64,000 bases of DNA. It comes from a candidate division WOR-3 bacterium. Its GTDB lineage: Bacteria > Hydrothermota > Tepidihabitantia > Tepidihabitantales > Tepidihabitantaceae. The stretch is from positions 117,488-181,487 of the forward strand of contig CBFGKH010000006.1 of the NCBI GenBank assembly GCA_965649295.1, in the 5' to 3' direction. Each line of letters begins with the position of its first letter. Position 1 is the stretch's first letter. Below the pieces are notes generated by a model. The model ran no database searches. It was not told the origin of the DNA and worked only from the letters and a program-made list of their open reading frames with translations. A program made the position numbers and the translations under genes. This document shows, piece after piece, positions 34,631 to 43,719 of the stretch.

Positions 34631-34960
34631 GAGACTAGCCGGTATCGGCTGAAGCCTATCCTGCCAGCCTGTTGCGAAGAAATCGGCCAGGACTCTCGAT
34701 GGCAGCCTCTCTAGGACAGCTACCGGGAGCTGCGCTGGCCTCTCTGCTAGGCCTCGCGCAAACTCAGCCCGAAGCTCTGCCGCCGGCATTCCCGGAAACC
34801 GGTCTAGTGGCACCATCGTCAGCAGCAGCGGCAACTGGACCAAGAAGCGAGACACTGACCGCCTCGCTGAGGTGCTCGACAGGAGCTGGGGAGACCATTC
34901 CGGGGACAGTAGAGTGGGAGTGGGTCGTATCGAGTCTAGCCGATTGACTGCTCAGAAGTT
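34631..34960 (-). repeat. Degenerate 12-nt-periodic intergenic array, copy B
   Basis: Parsed as 12-mers from 34631 on the plus strand, 23 of 24 units end in two purines; head matches copy A in reverse complement. Confidence 0.75.
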
Positions 34961-35147
34961 AGGCCTCGCGACCGCCGGCAACAGCCGACACCACCGATTC
35001 TCTCTGCTCCGTTTGGCCATTCAGGCAGCATAACAATAATAGGGCCGCGCTCGGGCCACTACCCGCTCGCCGCCGAAATCCAGGCCAACCTCGCTATATC
35101 GCTCAGGCCCAGGCCGGTTCCGGCTCCCAGCCGATTGCCGGCACCGC

Positions 35148-35768
35148 CTAGCCCTTGGCCTGACCGAGCCGACCGAAGTAGGCTGCTTTCTCAATCGCCC
35201 GAGCGATGTCAACCTGCTCAACATGAACACCGGGCCGAACCCGCAAGAACACCGGCGCAAAGTTGACGATCGCCCGGACCGAAACCGCTGTCAGGGCATC
35301 GGCCACTGCCTGAGCCCGCTCGGGCGGCACCGCAATCACCCCCAGCCCTGGCCCGAGCTCGACCGCCCGACTCGGCAACTGGGCTACATCCCAGCACGGG
35401 CAACCGGCAAAAGTTCGGCCAATCTTGGCTGGGTCAATGTCAAAGGCAGCGACAAAGTGAATCTGCGTTTGCGGCCCGCCGAAATGCTCAAGCAGGGCCC
35501 GGCCGATGTTGCCGACACCGACGAGCACTGCCGGCACGCCCGCCGGCGCATCGAGAATCCTGGCAAAATTGTCAAGCAGGTAGCTCGTCCGGTAGCCACT
35601 GCCCGGACTTCCCTTGATGCCGGCCACCATCAGGTCGCGCCGCACCTGGGCTGGCGACACTCGGGCCAGGGCCGCGAGCTGGTGCGAAAAAACATAGGCC
35701 GGCCGAAAATCACCGAGCACCCGGCGATAGAGGATCAGCCGCTCAACTGTCCGGCTGGGAATAGTCAT
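35148..35768 (-). CDS. rex: Redox-sensing transcriptional repressor Rex
   Basis: IP..TVERL.LY.R.L, QVRRDL, G..G.GY, Rossmann GVGNIG, FDIDPAKIG, IVNFAP. Alternative start GTG 35777. Confidence 0.88.
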   Translation of the reverse strand: MTIPSRTVERLILYRRVLGDFRPAYVFSHQLAALARVSPAQVRRDLMVAGIKGSPGSGYRTSYLLDNFARILDAPAGVPAVLVGVGNIGRALLEHFGGPQTQIHFVAAFDIDPAKIGRTFAGCPCWDVAQLPSRAVELGPGLGVIAVPPERAQAVADALTAVSVRAIVNFAPVFLRVRPGVHVEQVDIARAIEKAAYFGRLGQAKG

Positions 35769-35881
35769 ATTGCTCACGCCGATTATAACCGCCTCCTGCC
35801 GGCGGCTGTCAAGTCGCGCCCGCACTCCTGCCCATTGACGAACTGGCCGCTGGGTGTATCTTAGAACCTTGCCCTACGGCC

Positions 35882-37210
35882 ATGAGCGAATCAGAAACTC
35901 ACATCCAGGAAGACATTGACAGCGGCCTGCCCAGCGCTGCTGTCCAGATGGTGCTCGACGACCTAAAGCAACTCTGGCTGTCCGGCAAATCACTCTTCGA
36001 GGTCCTTGACGTCGTCTATGAGACAATGCGGCACATCATCCCGTTCGACCGCCTCTCGGCCGCATTCTACAACGAGGAGACCGGTCTTGTTGTCTCCCGC
36101 TGGGTACGCAGCAGCCTGCCCGTCCAACACGTCGGCAAAGGCTACTGGGCCGAACTGAAAGGCTCGTCGCTTGAGCCGATTCTGCGCACCGGCCAGCCGC
36201 GCATCATCAATGACCTCGAAAAGTACCTAATCGAGCATCCCGATTCCCGCGCCACTCAAGACATCCTCAAGGACGGCATTCGCTCCAACCTCACCTGTCC
36301 GCTTACTGCCGGCGGCCGGCCCATCGGCTTCCTCTTCTTTGCCTCGACGCGACCGGCAACCTACCGCCGCGAGCATATCGAGACATTCCAGGCCGTTGCC
36401 GAATCGCTCTCGCTGGCCGTGGAGAAGGTCAAATACATTGACGACCTTGAACAGGCCAAACGCAACTACGCCCAGCTCCTCTTCTTTGTCGCCCACGAAC
36501 TTAAGTCCCCGCTCTCCGCCATCGTCACGCTCGGCGACACGCTGCTGGGCGGCTATCTCGGCCAGCTCACCCCGGCCCAAGCCGACAAGGTTCGCCGGAT
36601 GGTCGCCAACTCCAACTACCTCATCAACCTTGTCCGCGACTACCTTGACCTGGCCCAGATTGAAGCCGGCGAGATGAGCTACCATCCACAGCCGGCCGTT
36701 GACCTGGTCGAGGACGTCTTCCGACCCGTGCTCGACATCCAGGCGCCGTCGGCCCAACAGCGCCGGATGCGCATCGAGACCGACCTCGAATACCTCACTG
36801 CGCCCTGCGACCCCCAGCTTATCAAGGTCGTCGCCAACAACCTGCTCAGCAACGCCATCAAGTATGGTCGCGAGGGCGGCACCATCACCGTTCGGCTGGT
36901 GCGCCGGGCCTACTCCGACTTCACCGCTGCCGGCCGCGTCGAACGGGCTTGGTGGGCGGTTTTCTCGGTACGCAACGATGGTGTCGGCTTCACCCCAGAA
37001 CAGAAACAGCAACTCTTTGCCCGGTTCCGCCGCCTCCACAACCCTGAGCACAAAGGCGTTGCCGGCTCCGGTCTCGGCCTCTATATCTCGCGCCAAATAA
37101 TAGTCAAGCACGGCGGCGAGATTACCGCCGACTCCGAACCCGGCGAGTGGGCCGAGTTCCGCTTCCGCATCCCGCTCCGGCAGGAATCGCCGGCCAGCCC
37201 AATTACCTAG
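35882..37210 (+). CDS. Soluble GAF-HisKA-HATPase sensor histidine kinase
   Basis: GAF (CPL..GG..IGFL.F.S), H-box AHELKSPL, N-box NLLSNAIKY, G-boxes DGVG and GSGLGL; no transmembrane segment. Confidence 0.92.
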   Translation: MSESETHIQEDIDSGLPSAAVQMVLDDLKQLWLSGKSLFEVLDVVYETMRHIIPFDRLSAAFYNEETGLVVSRWVRSSLPVQHVGKGYWAELKGSSLEPILRTGQPRIINDLEKYLIEHPDSRATQDILKDGIRSNLTCPLTAGGRPIGFLFFASTRPATYRREHIETFQAVAESLSLAVEKVKYIDDLEQAKRNYAQLLFFVAHELKSPLSAIVTLGDTLLGGYLGQLTPAQADKVRRMVANSNYLINLVRDYLDLAQIEAGEMSYHPQPAVDLVEDVFRPVLDIQAPSAQQRRMRIETDLEYLTAPCDPQLIKVVANNLLSNAIKYGREGGTITVRLVRRAYSDFTAAGRVERAWWAVFSVRNDGVGFTPEQKQQLFARFRRLHNPEHKGVAGSGLGLYISRQIIVKHGGEITADSEPGEWAEFRFRIPLRQESPASPIT

Positions 37211-37225
37211 TCAGTCGCGCCGCAC

Positions 37226-37254
37226 TTGACTGCTGCCCGCTCCAACCGTAACCT
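37226..37254 (+). promoter_or_regulatory. Sigma70 promoter, leaderless configuration
   Basis: TTGACT-N17-TAACCT, 8 nt before ATG 37263. Confidence 0.6.
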
Positions 37255-37262
37255 GAAACACT

Positions 37263-37649
37263 ATGGCCAAGGCGAAGATTCTGGTTGTTGACGACGAGCC
37301 GCCGCTGCGCCTGCTCGTCCAGAAGATTCTTGAGCTCGACGGCTACGCCGTCAAGACGGCGGCCAGCGGCATGGACGCACTAAAGGAAGTCCGCCGTGAG
37401 CAGCCCGACCTGGTCATTCTCGACCTCTCCATGCCCGGCATTGACGGCTTCGCCACCTGCTCGATGCTCAAACGCGACTCCAACTTCCGCGCCCCGGTCA
37501 TTGTTCTTTCGGCCCGCATCGGCGAGCGGGACATCCTCCAGGCCAAAGAGGCTGGCTGCGATGCCTTCATCCATAAGCCAGTCAAACGCGAAGAACTGCT
37601 CGCCAAGGTCGCCGAGCTCTTGGCCGCCAAACCGACCCCGGCCGAATAG
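37263..37649 (+). CDS. Single-domain response regulator (CheY-like receiver)
   Basis: ILVVDDE, DLVILDLSMPGIDG, LSA, KP; no output domain. Confidence 0.93.
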   Translation: MAKAKILVVDDEPPLRLLVQKILELDGYAVKTAASGMDALKEVRREQPDLVILDLSMPGIDGFATCSMLKRDSNFRAPVIVLSARIGERDILQAKEAGCDAFIHKPVKREELLAKVAELLAAKPTPAE

Positions 37650-37653
37650 CCGC

Positions 37654-38223
37654 CTAGGCCTGGTCTCGCAGTCGCTTTGCTAGTTCCCGGCCGTAGGCCA
37701 AGGCCTGTTCGCGAATGAGTCGGTTCTTACGCAGCGCCGGCAGATTCGGACAGTTGGCCACCACGTGCTGGCCTAAGTAATCCACCCCGACAAACCGGGC
37801 CGTGGCCGCGAACATGTGAACTGCCAGGTCAGCACCGTCAAAGTGGTCACCGCCGGCGGTCAGCACCAAGGCCCACTTACTACCGCGCAACAGCCCTTCA
37901 CCGGTCATCAGGGCAAACGTGCGGTCGAGCACGGTCTTGGTCTGAGCAGTGACGTTCCAGCAGAAAATCGGGCTCGCCCAGATGACGAGGTCAGCGTCCA
38001 CGAGCTTGTCGTAAAGCTCGACCATATCATCTTCCTGGGCACAGCCAGCCGCCTGCTTCGACTTGGTGCAAGTGAGACACTCAACACAACCGTTGATATT
38101 AAGCTCACAAATACGGACCCGTTCGGCCCGTATCCCGCGACCCATGCCGGCAATCACCCAGTCCAGCACCGTGGCGGTGTTGCCCTGCCGCGGGCTGCCT
38201 TCGAGTACCAGTACCTTCTTCAT
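37654..38223 (-). CDS. Flavodoxin-like NADPH-dependent FMN reductase / iron-sulfur flavoprotein
   Basis: GSPRQGNT, CVECLTC..C cluster motif, ASPIF. Confidence 0.88.
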   Translation of the reverse strand: MKKVLVLEGSPRQGNTATVLDWVIAGMGRGIRAERVRICELNINGCVECLTCTKSKQAAGCAQEDDMVELYDKLVDADLVIWASPIFCWNVTAQTKTVLDRTFALMTGEGLLRGSKWALVLTAGGDHFDGADLAVHMFAATARFVGVDYLGQHVVANCPNLPALRKNRLIREQALAYGRELAKRLRDQA

Positions 38224-38328
38224 TTGGCTGCTCCTCTCGGTTCTGGTTCAATCATCCTGCCGCCTTGGGCCAAGTCAATCGCTGCCGGCGCGAATTGACT
38301 AGCCAGTCCGAACCGCTATATCTCTTGC

Positions 38329-39081
38329 GTGCCCGCTGCCAAGCGACCACTCATCCTACTGACCAACGACGACGGCATCGAGGCCCCTGGCCTCCGCGAC
38401 CTCTATGCCGGCCTGCGCAACCTGGGTCGGGTCTGGGTCGTGGCTCCGGCTGTCAACCAGTCCGCTTCCAGCCATTCCTTCAGCCTCCGTAAGCCGATTC
38501 GGGTCTGGCGCCTCCGGCCGCGCTGGCTGGCAGTCCACGGCACCCCCACCGACTGTCTCTTGATATCCCATCACGGCATCCTCCGGCGAGAGATTGACCT
38601 AGTCTTCTCCGGCATCAACGACAGCCCCAATCTCGGTGACGACGTCCTCTACTCCGGGACGGTCGCCGCTGCCATCGAAGGCACAATGCTCGGTATGCCG
38701 TCGGTCGCGGTCTCCTATGTCAACGCCGGCAGCAACCGCGACGTTGCCCTGCGACTGCTGCGCGGCCTGGTACCACTGCTCCTGGACGGCATTCTGCCCA
38801 AGAAATCGCTGCTCAATATCAACATCCCGGCTGAGCCGGTCAAGGGCATCCGGGTCACCCGCCTGGGCAAGCGCATCTACCGCGACATGGCCATCAAGCA
38901 CTCGCTGCCTGACGGCGCGGTCTCTTGGACAATTGACGGCGAGATGGGTTTTGATCACGTGCCCGGCTCGGACTTTGAGGCGGTTTACTCCGGCTTTGTC
39001 TCCATCACCCCGCTCCACCTTGACATGACCCATCACGCCGAAATCGCCCGGCTGCAGAAGGTGTTGGGCCGGCTGCTTTGA
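38329..39081 (+). CDS. surE: 5'/3'-nucleotidase SurE
   Basis: ILLTNDDGI, APAVNQSASS, GTPTDC, SGIN..NLG.DVLYSGTVAAA, ITPL.LDMT. Confidence 0.95.
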   Translation: MPAAKRPLILLTNDDGIEAPGLRDLYAGLRNLGRVWVVAPAVNQSASSHSFSLRKPIRVWRLRPRWLAVHGTPTDCLLISHHGILRREIDLVFSGINDSPNLGDDVLYSGTVAAAIEGTMLGMPSVAVSYVNAGSNRDVALRLLRGLVPLLLDGILPKKSLLNINIPAEPVKGIRVTRLGKRIYRDMAIKHSLPDGAVSWTIDGEMGFDHVPGSDFEAVYSGFVSITPLHLDMTHHAEIARLQKVLGRLL

Positions 39082-39105
39082 CACTCGGCCCGCTGCCTCT
39101 ATAAT
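39078..39105 (+). promoter_or_regulatory. Consensus sigma70 promoter, near-leaderless
   Basis: TTGACA-N16-TATAAT, 9 nt before ATG 39115. Confidence 0.7.
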
Positions 39106-39114
39106 TCCGCCACC

Positions 39115-39660
39115 ATGACACGTCAAGAGGCTTGGGCACTGGTCCAGTCGCGGGTGCAGAACCGCAACCTGCAAAAGCACATGCTCGCAACCGAGGCCTG
39201 CCTGCGCGGTCTTGCCCGCCGCCTGGGCGAGGACGAAGAACTGTGGGGCTTGGCCGGACTCCTCCACGACGTTGACTACGAGGAGACCAAAAACGACACC
39301 TCCCAACACGGCATCCTTGGCGCCGAGTTGCTCCAGTCGCTCGGCATCGAGCCGGCCGTCGTCCATGCCGTCCGCGCCCATGTCGGCAACGTGCCGATTA
39401 CCTCAAAGCTCGATCGGGCACTCTTTGCTGCCGACCCGATAACCGGGTTGATTGTCGCGGCGGCGCTGATGCACCCGACCAAGCGGCTGGCCAACGTTGA
39501 CACTGACTTCGTGCTTCGCCGTTACCAAGAGAAGAAATTCGCGGCCGGGGCCAACCGCGAGCAGATTGCCACCTGCTCCGAACTCGGCTTCAGCCTTGCC
39601 GACTTTACCGCCATCTGCCTCGCGGCGATGCAGACCGTCGCCGCCGACCTGGGACTCTGA
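39115..39660 (+). CDS. HDIG/HD-domain metal-dependent phosphohydrolase
   Basis: KHMLATE, GLLHDVDYE, AHV, FAADP. Confidence 0.88.
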   Translation: MTRQEAWALVQSRVQNRNLQKHMLATEACLRGLARRLGEDEELWGLAGLLHDVDYEETKNDTSQHGILGAELLQSLGIEPAVVHAVRAHVGNVPITSKLDRALFAADPITGLIVAAALMHPTKRLANVDTDFVLRRYQEKKFAAGANREQIATCSELGFSLADFTAICLAAMQTVAADLGL

Positions 39661-39729
39661 TGCCCCGCCTCCAGCTTCGCCTTCTCATTCACCATCTGGC
39701 ATTCTGCAGCTTGCCCTTTGGCCGCTGAC

Positions 39730-40593
39730 ATGGCATCGCTTTCGTTCCAGGACATCATTCTCCGGCTCCAGACCTACTGGGCCGAACGCGGTTGCGCCAT
39801 CCTCGCGCCCTACAACTCCGAGGTCGGCGCCGGCACCTTCAACCCCGCCACCTTCATCCGCGTCCTCGATTCGCAGCCGTGGAACGTCGTCTATTGTGAA
39901 CCGTCCAAGCGACCCCGCGATGGCCGCTATGCCCAGAACCCGCTCCGGGTTCAGCAGTTCTGGCAGTTGCAGGTGATACTCAAGCCGGCACCGGCCGATG
40001 TTCAGGACCAATACTTGCACAGCCTTGCCGCCATCGGCATTGACCTCAAGGCCAACGACATCCGCTTCACTGAGGACGACTGGGAATCACCCACTCTCGG
40101 CGCCTGGGGCCTGGGCTGGCAGGTCGAACTGAACGGCATCGAGATTACCCAGTTCACCTACTTCCAACAGTGCGGCAGTATTGACCTGAGAATAATTCCG
40201 GTCGAAATCACCTACGGTCTGGAGCGGATTGCGATGTTTGTCCAGAACGTTGACTCTATCTTCGCTGTCCGTTGGAACGACAAGCTGACCTGGGGCGACG
40301 TCTATCGGTTGAATGAAGAGGAGTTCTCAAAGTTCAACTTCGAGGAGGCCGATGTTGACCTCTACCGGACAATGTTCGACCGCTTCGAGGCCGAGGCCCA
40401 GCGCCTGCTCAAGCTCGGCCTGGTGATGCCCGGCTACGACCACGTCATCAAGTGCTCCCACTTCTTCAACCTGCTCGAGGCCCGCGGCGCCATCTCGGTC
40501 TCCGAGCGCCGCAACTACATCAACCGGGTCCGGCGCCTGGCCCGCCTCACCGCCACCACCTACCTGCAAAAGGTCGAGCCCGAGAACAAGTAG
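39730..40593 (+). CDS. glyQ: Glycine-tRNA ligase alpha subunit
   Basis: [64 protein letters not shown]. Confidence 0.97.
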   Translation: MASLSFQDIILRLQTYWAERGCAILAPYNSEVGAGTFNPATFIRVLDSQPWNVVYCEPSKRPRDGRYAQNPLRVQQFWQLQVILKPAPADVQDQYLHSLAAIGIDLKANDIRFTEDDWESPTLGAWGLGWQVELNGIEITQFTYFQQCGSIDLRIIPVEITYGLERIAMFVQNVDSIFAVRWNDKLTWGDVYRLNEEEFSKFNFEEADVDLYRTMFDRFEAEAQRLLKLGLVMPGYDHVIKCSHFFNLLEARGAISVSERRNYINRVRRLARLTATTYLQKVEPENK

Positions 40594-40676
40594 TTCCGCA
40601 CCTGCCAACCGTCCGGTCCGGCCTGTCCTAGCTCTTCGCCATGCTGACTTGGTGCTGAACCGCCGCCACAAAAGCC

Positions 40677-40705
40677 GATGCCCGCCGACCCAAGCGGCGG
40701 GCATC
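40677..40705. terminator. GC-rich hairpin between convergent glyQ and clpB
   Basis: gatgcccgccg-acccaag-cggcgggcatc, 11-bp stem; no clear U-tract. Confidence 0.5.
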
Positions 40706-40835
40706 CTGACGTTCTGTAACAACTGCCGCTGGGAGAGTTACCATCGTCTCTCCCGGTCATCCCGAAAACCCTGTTCTCGGGAATCTCCTGCTGTCCGACC
40801 TCCCTGAGGCCGGAACTAGCCAGCGGTCAAATGGC

Positions 40836-40901
40836 GTCGGGAGCGGGGAAACAAGGGGGTTATTTTTGGTGGGTTGGGAAGGAGGGATACCCGCTCCCGA
40901 C
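40836..40901. repeat. REP-like inverted pair
   Basis: gtcgggagcggg (40836-40847) and cccgctcccgac (40890-40901) separated by 42 nt. Confidence 0.6.
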
Positions 40902-40906
40902 AAATC

Positions 40907-43474
40907 TTACACTCCCGATTGTGCGCCCGAGGGCGAAAGAACGATCCGGCCATCCTCAACCGACACTCTTACCTCGGTCGGTCGGTCGCGAAGTATCAGC
41001 TCTGCGAGCGGATTCTCCAGCAGCCGTTGGATTGTACGCTTGAGAGGTCGTGCACCGAAATCAGGGTCATAGCCTTCCTTCGCAAGAACGGCCTCAGCGT
41101 CATGACCGATTATAAGGCTCACCCCTTCGGCTGTCAAGCTCGCCTTTAGCCGAGCAAGCTGGATATCAACAATCTTGCGAATGTCATCGCGCGTCAGCGG
41201 ATTGAACACAACAATCTCGTCAATCCGGTTGAGAAACTCCGGCCGGAAGTGCTGACGCAATAGCGGCATGATCTCCTCGCGAGCAACCCGGCCGCCCCGG
41301 GCAAGCTCGGTCCCGATGTTTGAGGTCATGATGATAATCGTATTCTTGAAGTCAACGGTGCGACCATGACCATCGGTCAGCCGACCGTCGTCAAGAATCT
41401 GTAGTAGCACGTTGAAGACATCAGGATGCGCCTTCTCAATCTCATCGAGCAGCACAACCCGATAGGGCCGGCGTCGCACTGCCTCGGTCAGCTGGCCGCC
41501 TTCCTCAAACCCGACGTAGCCCGGTGGCGCGCCAATCAACCGCGAGACTGTGTGCCGTTCGCCGTATTCGGACATATCAATCCGAACCATCGCCTCTTCG
41601 GTATCAAACAGCACCTGGGCAAGAGTTCGAGCCAGCTCGGTCTTGCCCACGCCGGTTGGCCCGAGGAAGATGAACGAGCCAATCGGCCGCTTCGCATCGC
41701 CAATCCCGGCTCGGGCCCGGCGAATCGCGTTGGCCACCGCGCTCACCGCCTCATCCTGGCCAACCACCCGCTTGTGAATCTCCTCCTCCAGCCGCAGTAA
41801 CTTCTGCCGCTCCGATTCAAGCAGGCTCTGCAAGGGAATCCCGGTCCACTTGGCAACAACCTCGGCGATGTCCTCCTCGGTCACCTGCTCGCGCAGCAGG
41901 CGGTTGCCCTTCTCCTTCGCCTTAATCTCGGCCAGCCGCTTGCGCAGCTCGGCCAGTCGGCCGTACTCCAGCTCGGCTGCGCGATTGAGGTCATACTTCC
42001 GCTTGGCGGCCTCGACCTCGTTCGTCACGCGCTCAATCTCCTCCTGCAGCCGCGAAAGCTCCTCAACCTCCCGGCGCTCGGTTTCCCATTGGGCGGTGAG
42101 TCGGCGCTGCTCCTCGCGCAGGTTGCCAATCTCCCTTTCGATTTCGGCCAGCCGCTGCTGCGACGCCTCATCCTTATCGCGTGCTAGCGATAGTTTCTCC
42201 ATCTCCAGTTGCAGCAGCTTGCGGTCAACCTCGTCAAGCTCCACCGGCTTCGAGGTAATCTCCATCTTCAGCTTGGCCATCGCCTCATCAACGAGGTCAA
42301 TCGCCTTGTCCGGCAGGAAGCGGTCAGAGATGTAACGGTTGGAGAGCACCGCGGCCGCCACCAGTGCCGCATCGGTAATCTGGACGCCGTGGTGCACCTC
42401 ATACCGCTCCTTCAGGCCCCGCAGAATCGAAATCGTCTCCTCAACTGTCGGTTGGTCAACAAAGACCGGCTGGAATCGGCGCTCCAGCGCCTTGTCCTTC
42501 TCGATGTACTGCCGATACTCATCGAGCGTTGTCGCGCCGATTGTCCGCAGCTCGCCCCGAGCCAGCATCGGCTTGAGGATGTTGCCGGCGTCAACCGCGC
42601 CCTCGGCCTTGCCCGCTCCGACAACCGTGTGCAGCTCGTCAATAAAGAGGATGATGCGGCCATCCGACGCCGCCACTTCCTTCAACACCGCCTTGAGCCG
42701 ATTCTCAAACTCGCCGCGATACTTGGCCCCGGCAATCAAGGCCCCCATGTCCAGCGCCACGAGCTTCCGGTCCTTCAGGCTCTCCGGCACATCGCCGCGC
42801 ACAATCCGCTGCGCCAGACCCTCGACAATCGCGGTCTTGCCCACTCCGGCCTCGCCGATTAGCACCGGGTTGTTCTTGGTGCGGCGCGAGAGCACCTGAA
42901 TCACTCGCCGGATTTCATCGTCGCGGCCAATCACCGGGTCAAGCTTGCCCTCGCGGGCCAGTTGGGTTACATCGCGACCAAATTTGTCGAGCGGCTGATA
43001 CCGCTCCTCTGCTGCCTGGTCAGTCACCCGCTGACTACCGCGCAGCTCCCGCAGCGCCCCGAGCACCTTATACTCGTCAATGCCAAAGTGCCGCAGAATC
43101 GCTGGCAGGTCACCGTCGTTGATTCCCAGCAACCCGAGCAGCAGATGCTCGGTCGAGACATACTCGTCCTTGAGCTTCTTCGCCGCTTCCTCGGCCGCGG
43201 CGAGCGCCCGCTGGGCTCGGGTTGACAGATAGAGCTGGCCGCTGCCACCAGTTACCCTTGGTCGGCGGCCCAGTGCGGTTTCAAGATGCTCCGCCACCTG
43301 CCGGGGCTGCACCCCAACTCTGGTCAAGAGCTGGGGAATCAAGCCGTCAGTCTGCTCGACGAGCGCGAGCAGGATGTGCTCGGCATCAATCTCGTTGTGC
43401 TGTCGGCGCTGGGCAAGCGCCTGAGCAGAGACCAACGCCTCCTGCGCCTTCTCGGTAAATCGTTCAATGTTCAT
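40907..43474 (-). CDS. clpB: ATP-dependent chaperone ClpB
   Basis: [15 protein letters not shown]-domain coiled coil, [24 protein letters not shown]; no ClpP-binding IGF/LGF loop. Confidence 0.96.
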   Translation of the reverse strand: MNIERFTEKAQEALVSAQALAQRRQHNEIDAEHILLALVEQTDGLIPQLLTRVGVQPRQVAEHLETALGRRPRVTGGSGQLYLSTRAQRALAAAEEAAKKLKDEYVSTEHLLLGLLGINDGDLPAILRHFGIDEYKVLGALRELRGSQRVTDQAAEERYQPLDKFGRDVTQLAREGKLDPVIGRDDEIRRVIQVLSRRTKNNPVLIGEAGVGKTAIVEGLAQRIVRGDVPESLKDRKLVALDMGALIAGAKYRGEFENRLKAVLKEVAASDGRIILFIDELHTVVGAGKAEGAVDAGNILKPMLARGELRTIGATTLDEYRQYIEKDKALERRFQPVFVDQPTVEETISILRGLKERYEVHHGVQITDAALVAAAVLSNRYISDRFLPDKAIDLVDEAMAKLKMEITSKPVELDEVDRKLLQLEMEKLSLARDKDEASQQRLAEIEREIGNLREEQRRLTAQWETERREVEELSRLQEEIERVTNEVEAAKRKYDLNRAAELEYGRLAELRKRLAEIKAKEKGNRLLREQVTEEDIAEVVAKWTGIPLQSLLESERQKLLRLEEEIHKRVVGQDEAVSAVANAIRRARAGIGDAKRPIGSFIFLGPTGVGKTELARTLAQVLFDTEEAMVRIDMSEYGERHTVSRLIGAPPGYVGFEEGGQLTEAVRRRPYRVVLLDEIEKAHPDVFNVLLQILDDGRLTDGHGRTVDFKNTIIIMTSNIGTELARGGRVAREEIMPLLRQHFRPEFLNRIDEIVVFNPLTRDDIRKIVDIQLARLKASLTAEGVSLIIGHDAEAVLAKEGYDPDFGARPLKRTIQRLLENPLAELILRDRPTEVRVSVEDGRIVLSPSGAQSGV

Positions 43475-43484
43475 AGTTCATCTA

Positions 43485-43516
43485 TTAGACTGCACTTATC
43501 TATCGGCGTTGCAGTC
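43485..43516 (-). promoter_or_regulatory. Candidate heat-shock promoter/operator upstream of clpB
   Basis: Inverted repeat gactgca-N15-tgcagtc; AAC-N17-GTCTAA; 11 of 13 nt shared with the hsp20 upstream motif. Confidence 0.45.
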
Positions 43517-43719
43517 CCGTCACCCTGACCCCGTCGCGCCGGCAGACATGAACCAGTAATTGCTATTGACAAGCGTCTGGCTGCAACTTACCATCGAGAG
43601 CAGCCTACCGCTATCAGCGGTAAGGGGTGTAAATGTCTTTTCTTTGCCCGGGCCGACCGGTCGCAGCAACCCAAGCTCGGCCGTGGGGGATGACGACGCT
43701 CCGCCCGAAGGGAGGAACT

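Noticed and set aside
9063-37249. Recurring 11-mer gctccaaccgt at 9063, 16603 and 37239, all intergenic
   Set aside because: Inconsistent position and orientation relative to genes; it cannot be separated from chance without a genome-wide count.
43475-43560. CIRCE or HAIR operators at clpB and hsp20
   Set aside because: Neither TTAGCACTC-N9-GAGTGCTAA nor CTTGAGT-N7-ACTCAAG is present.
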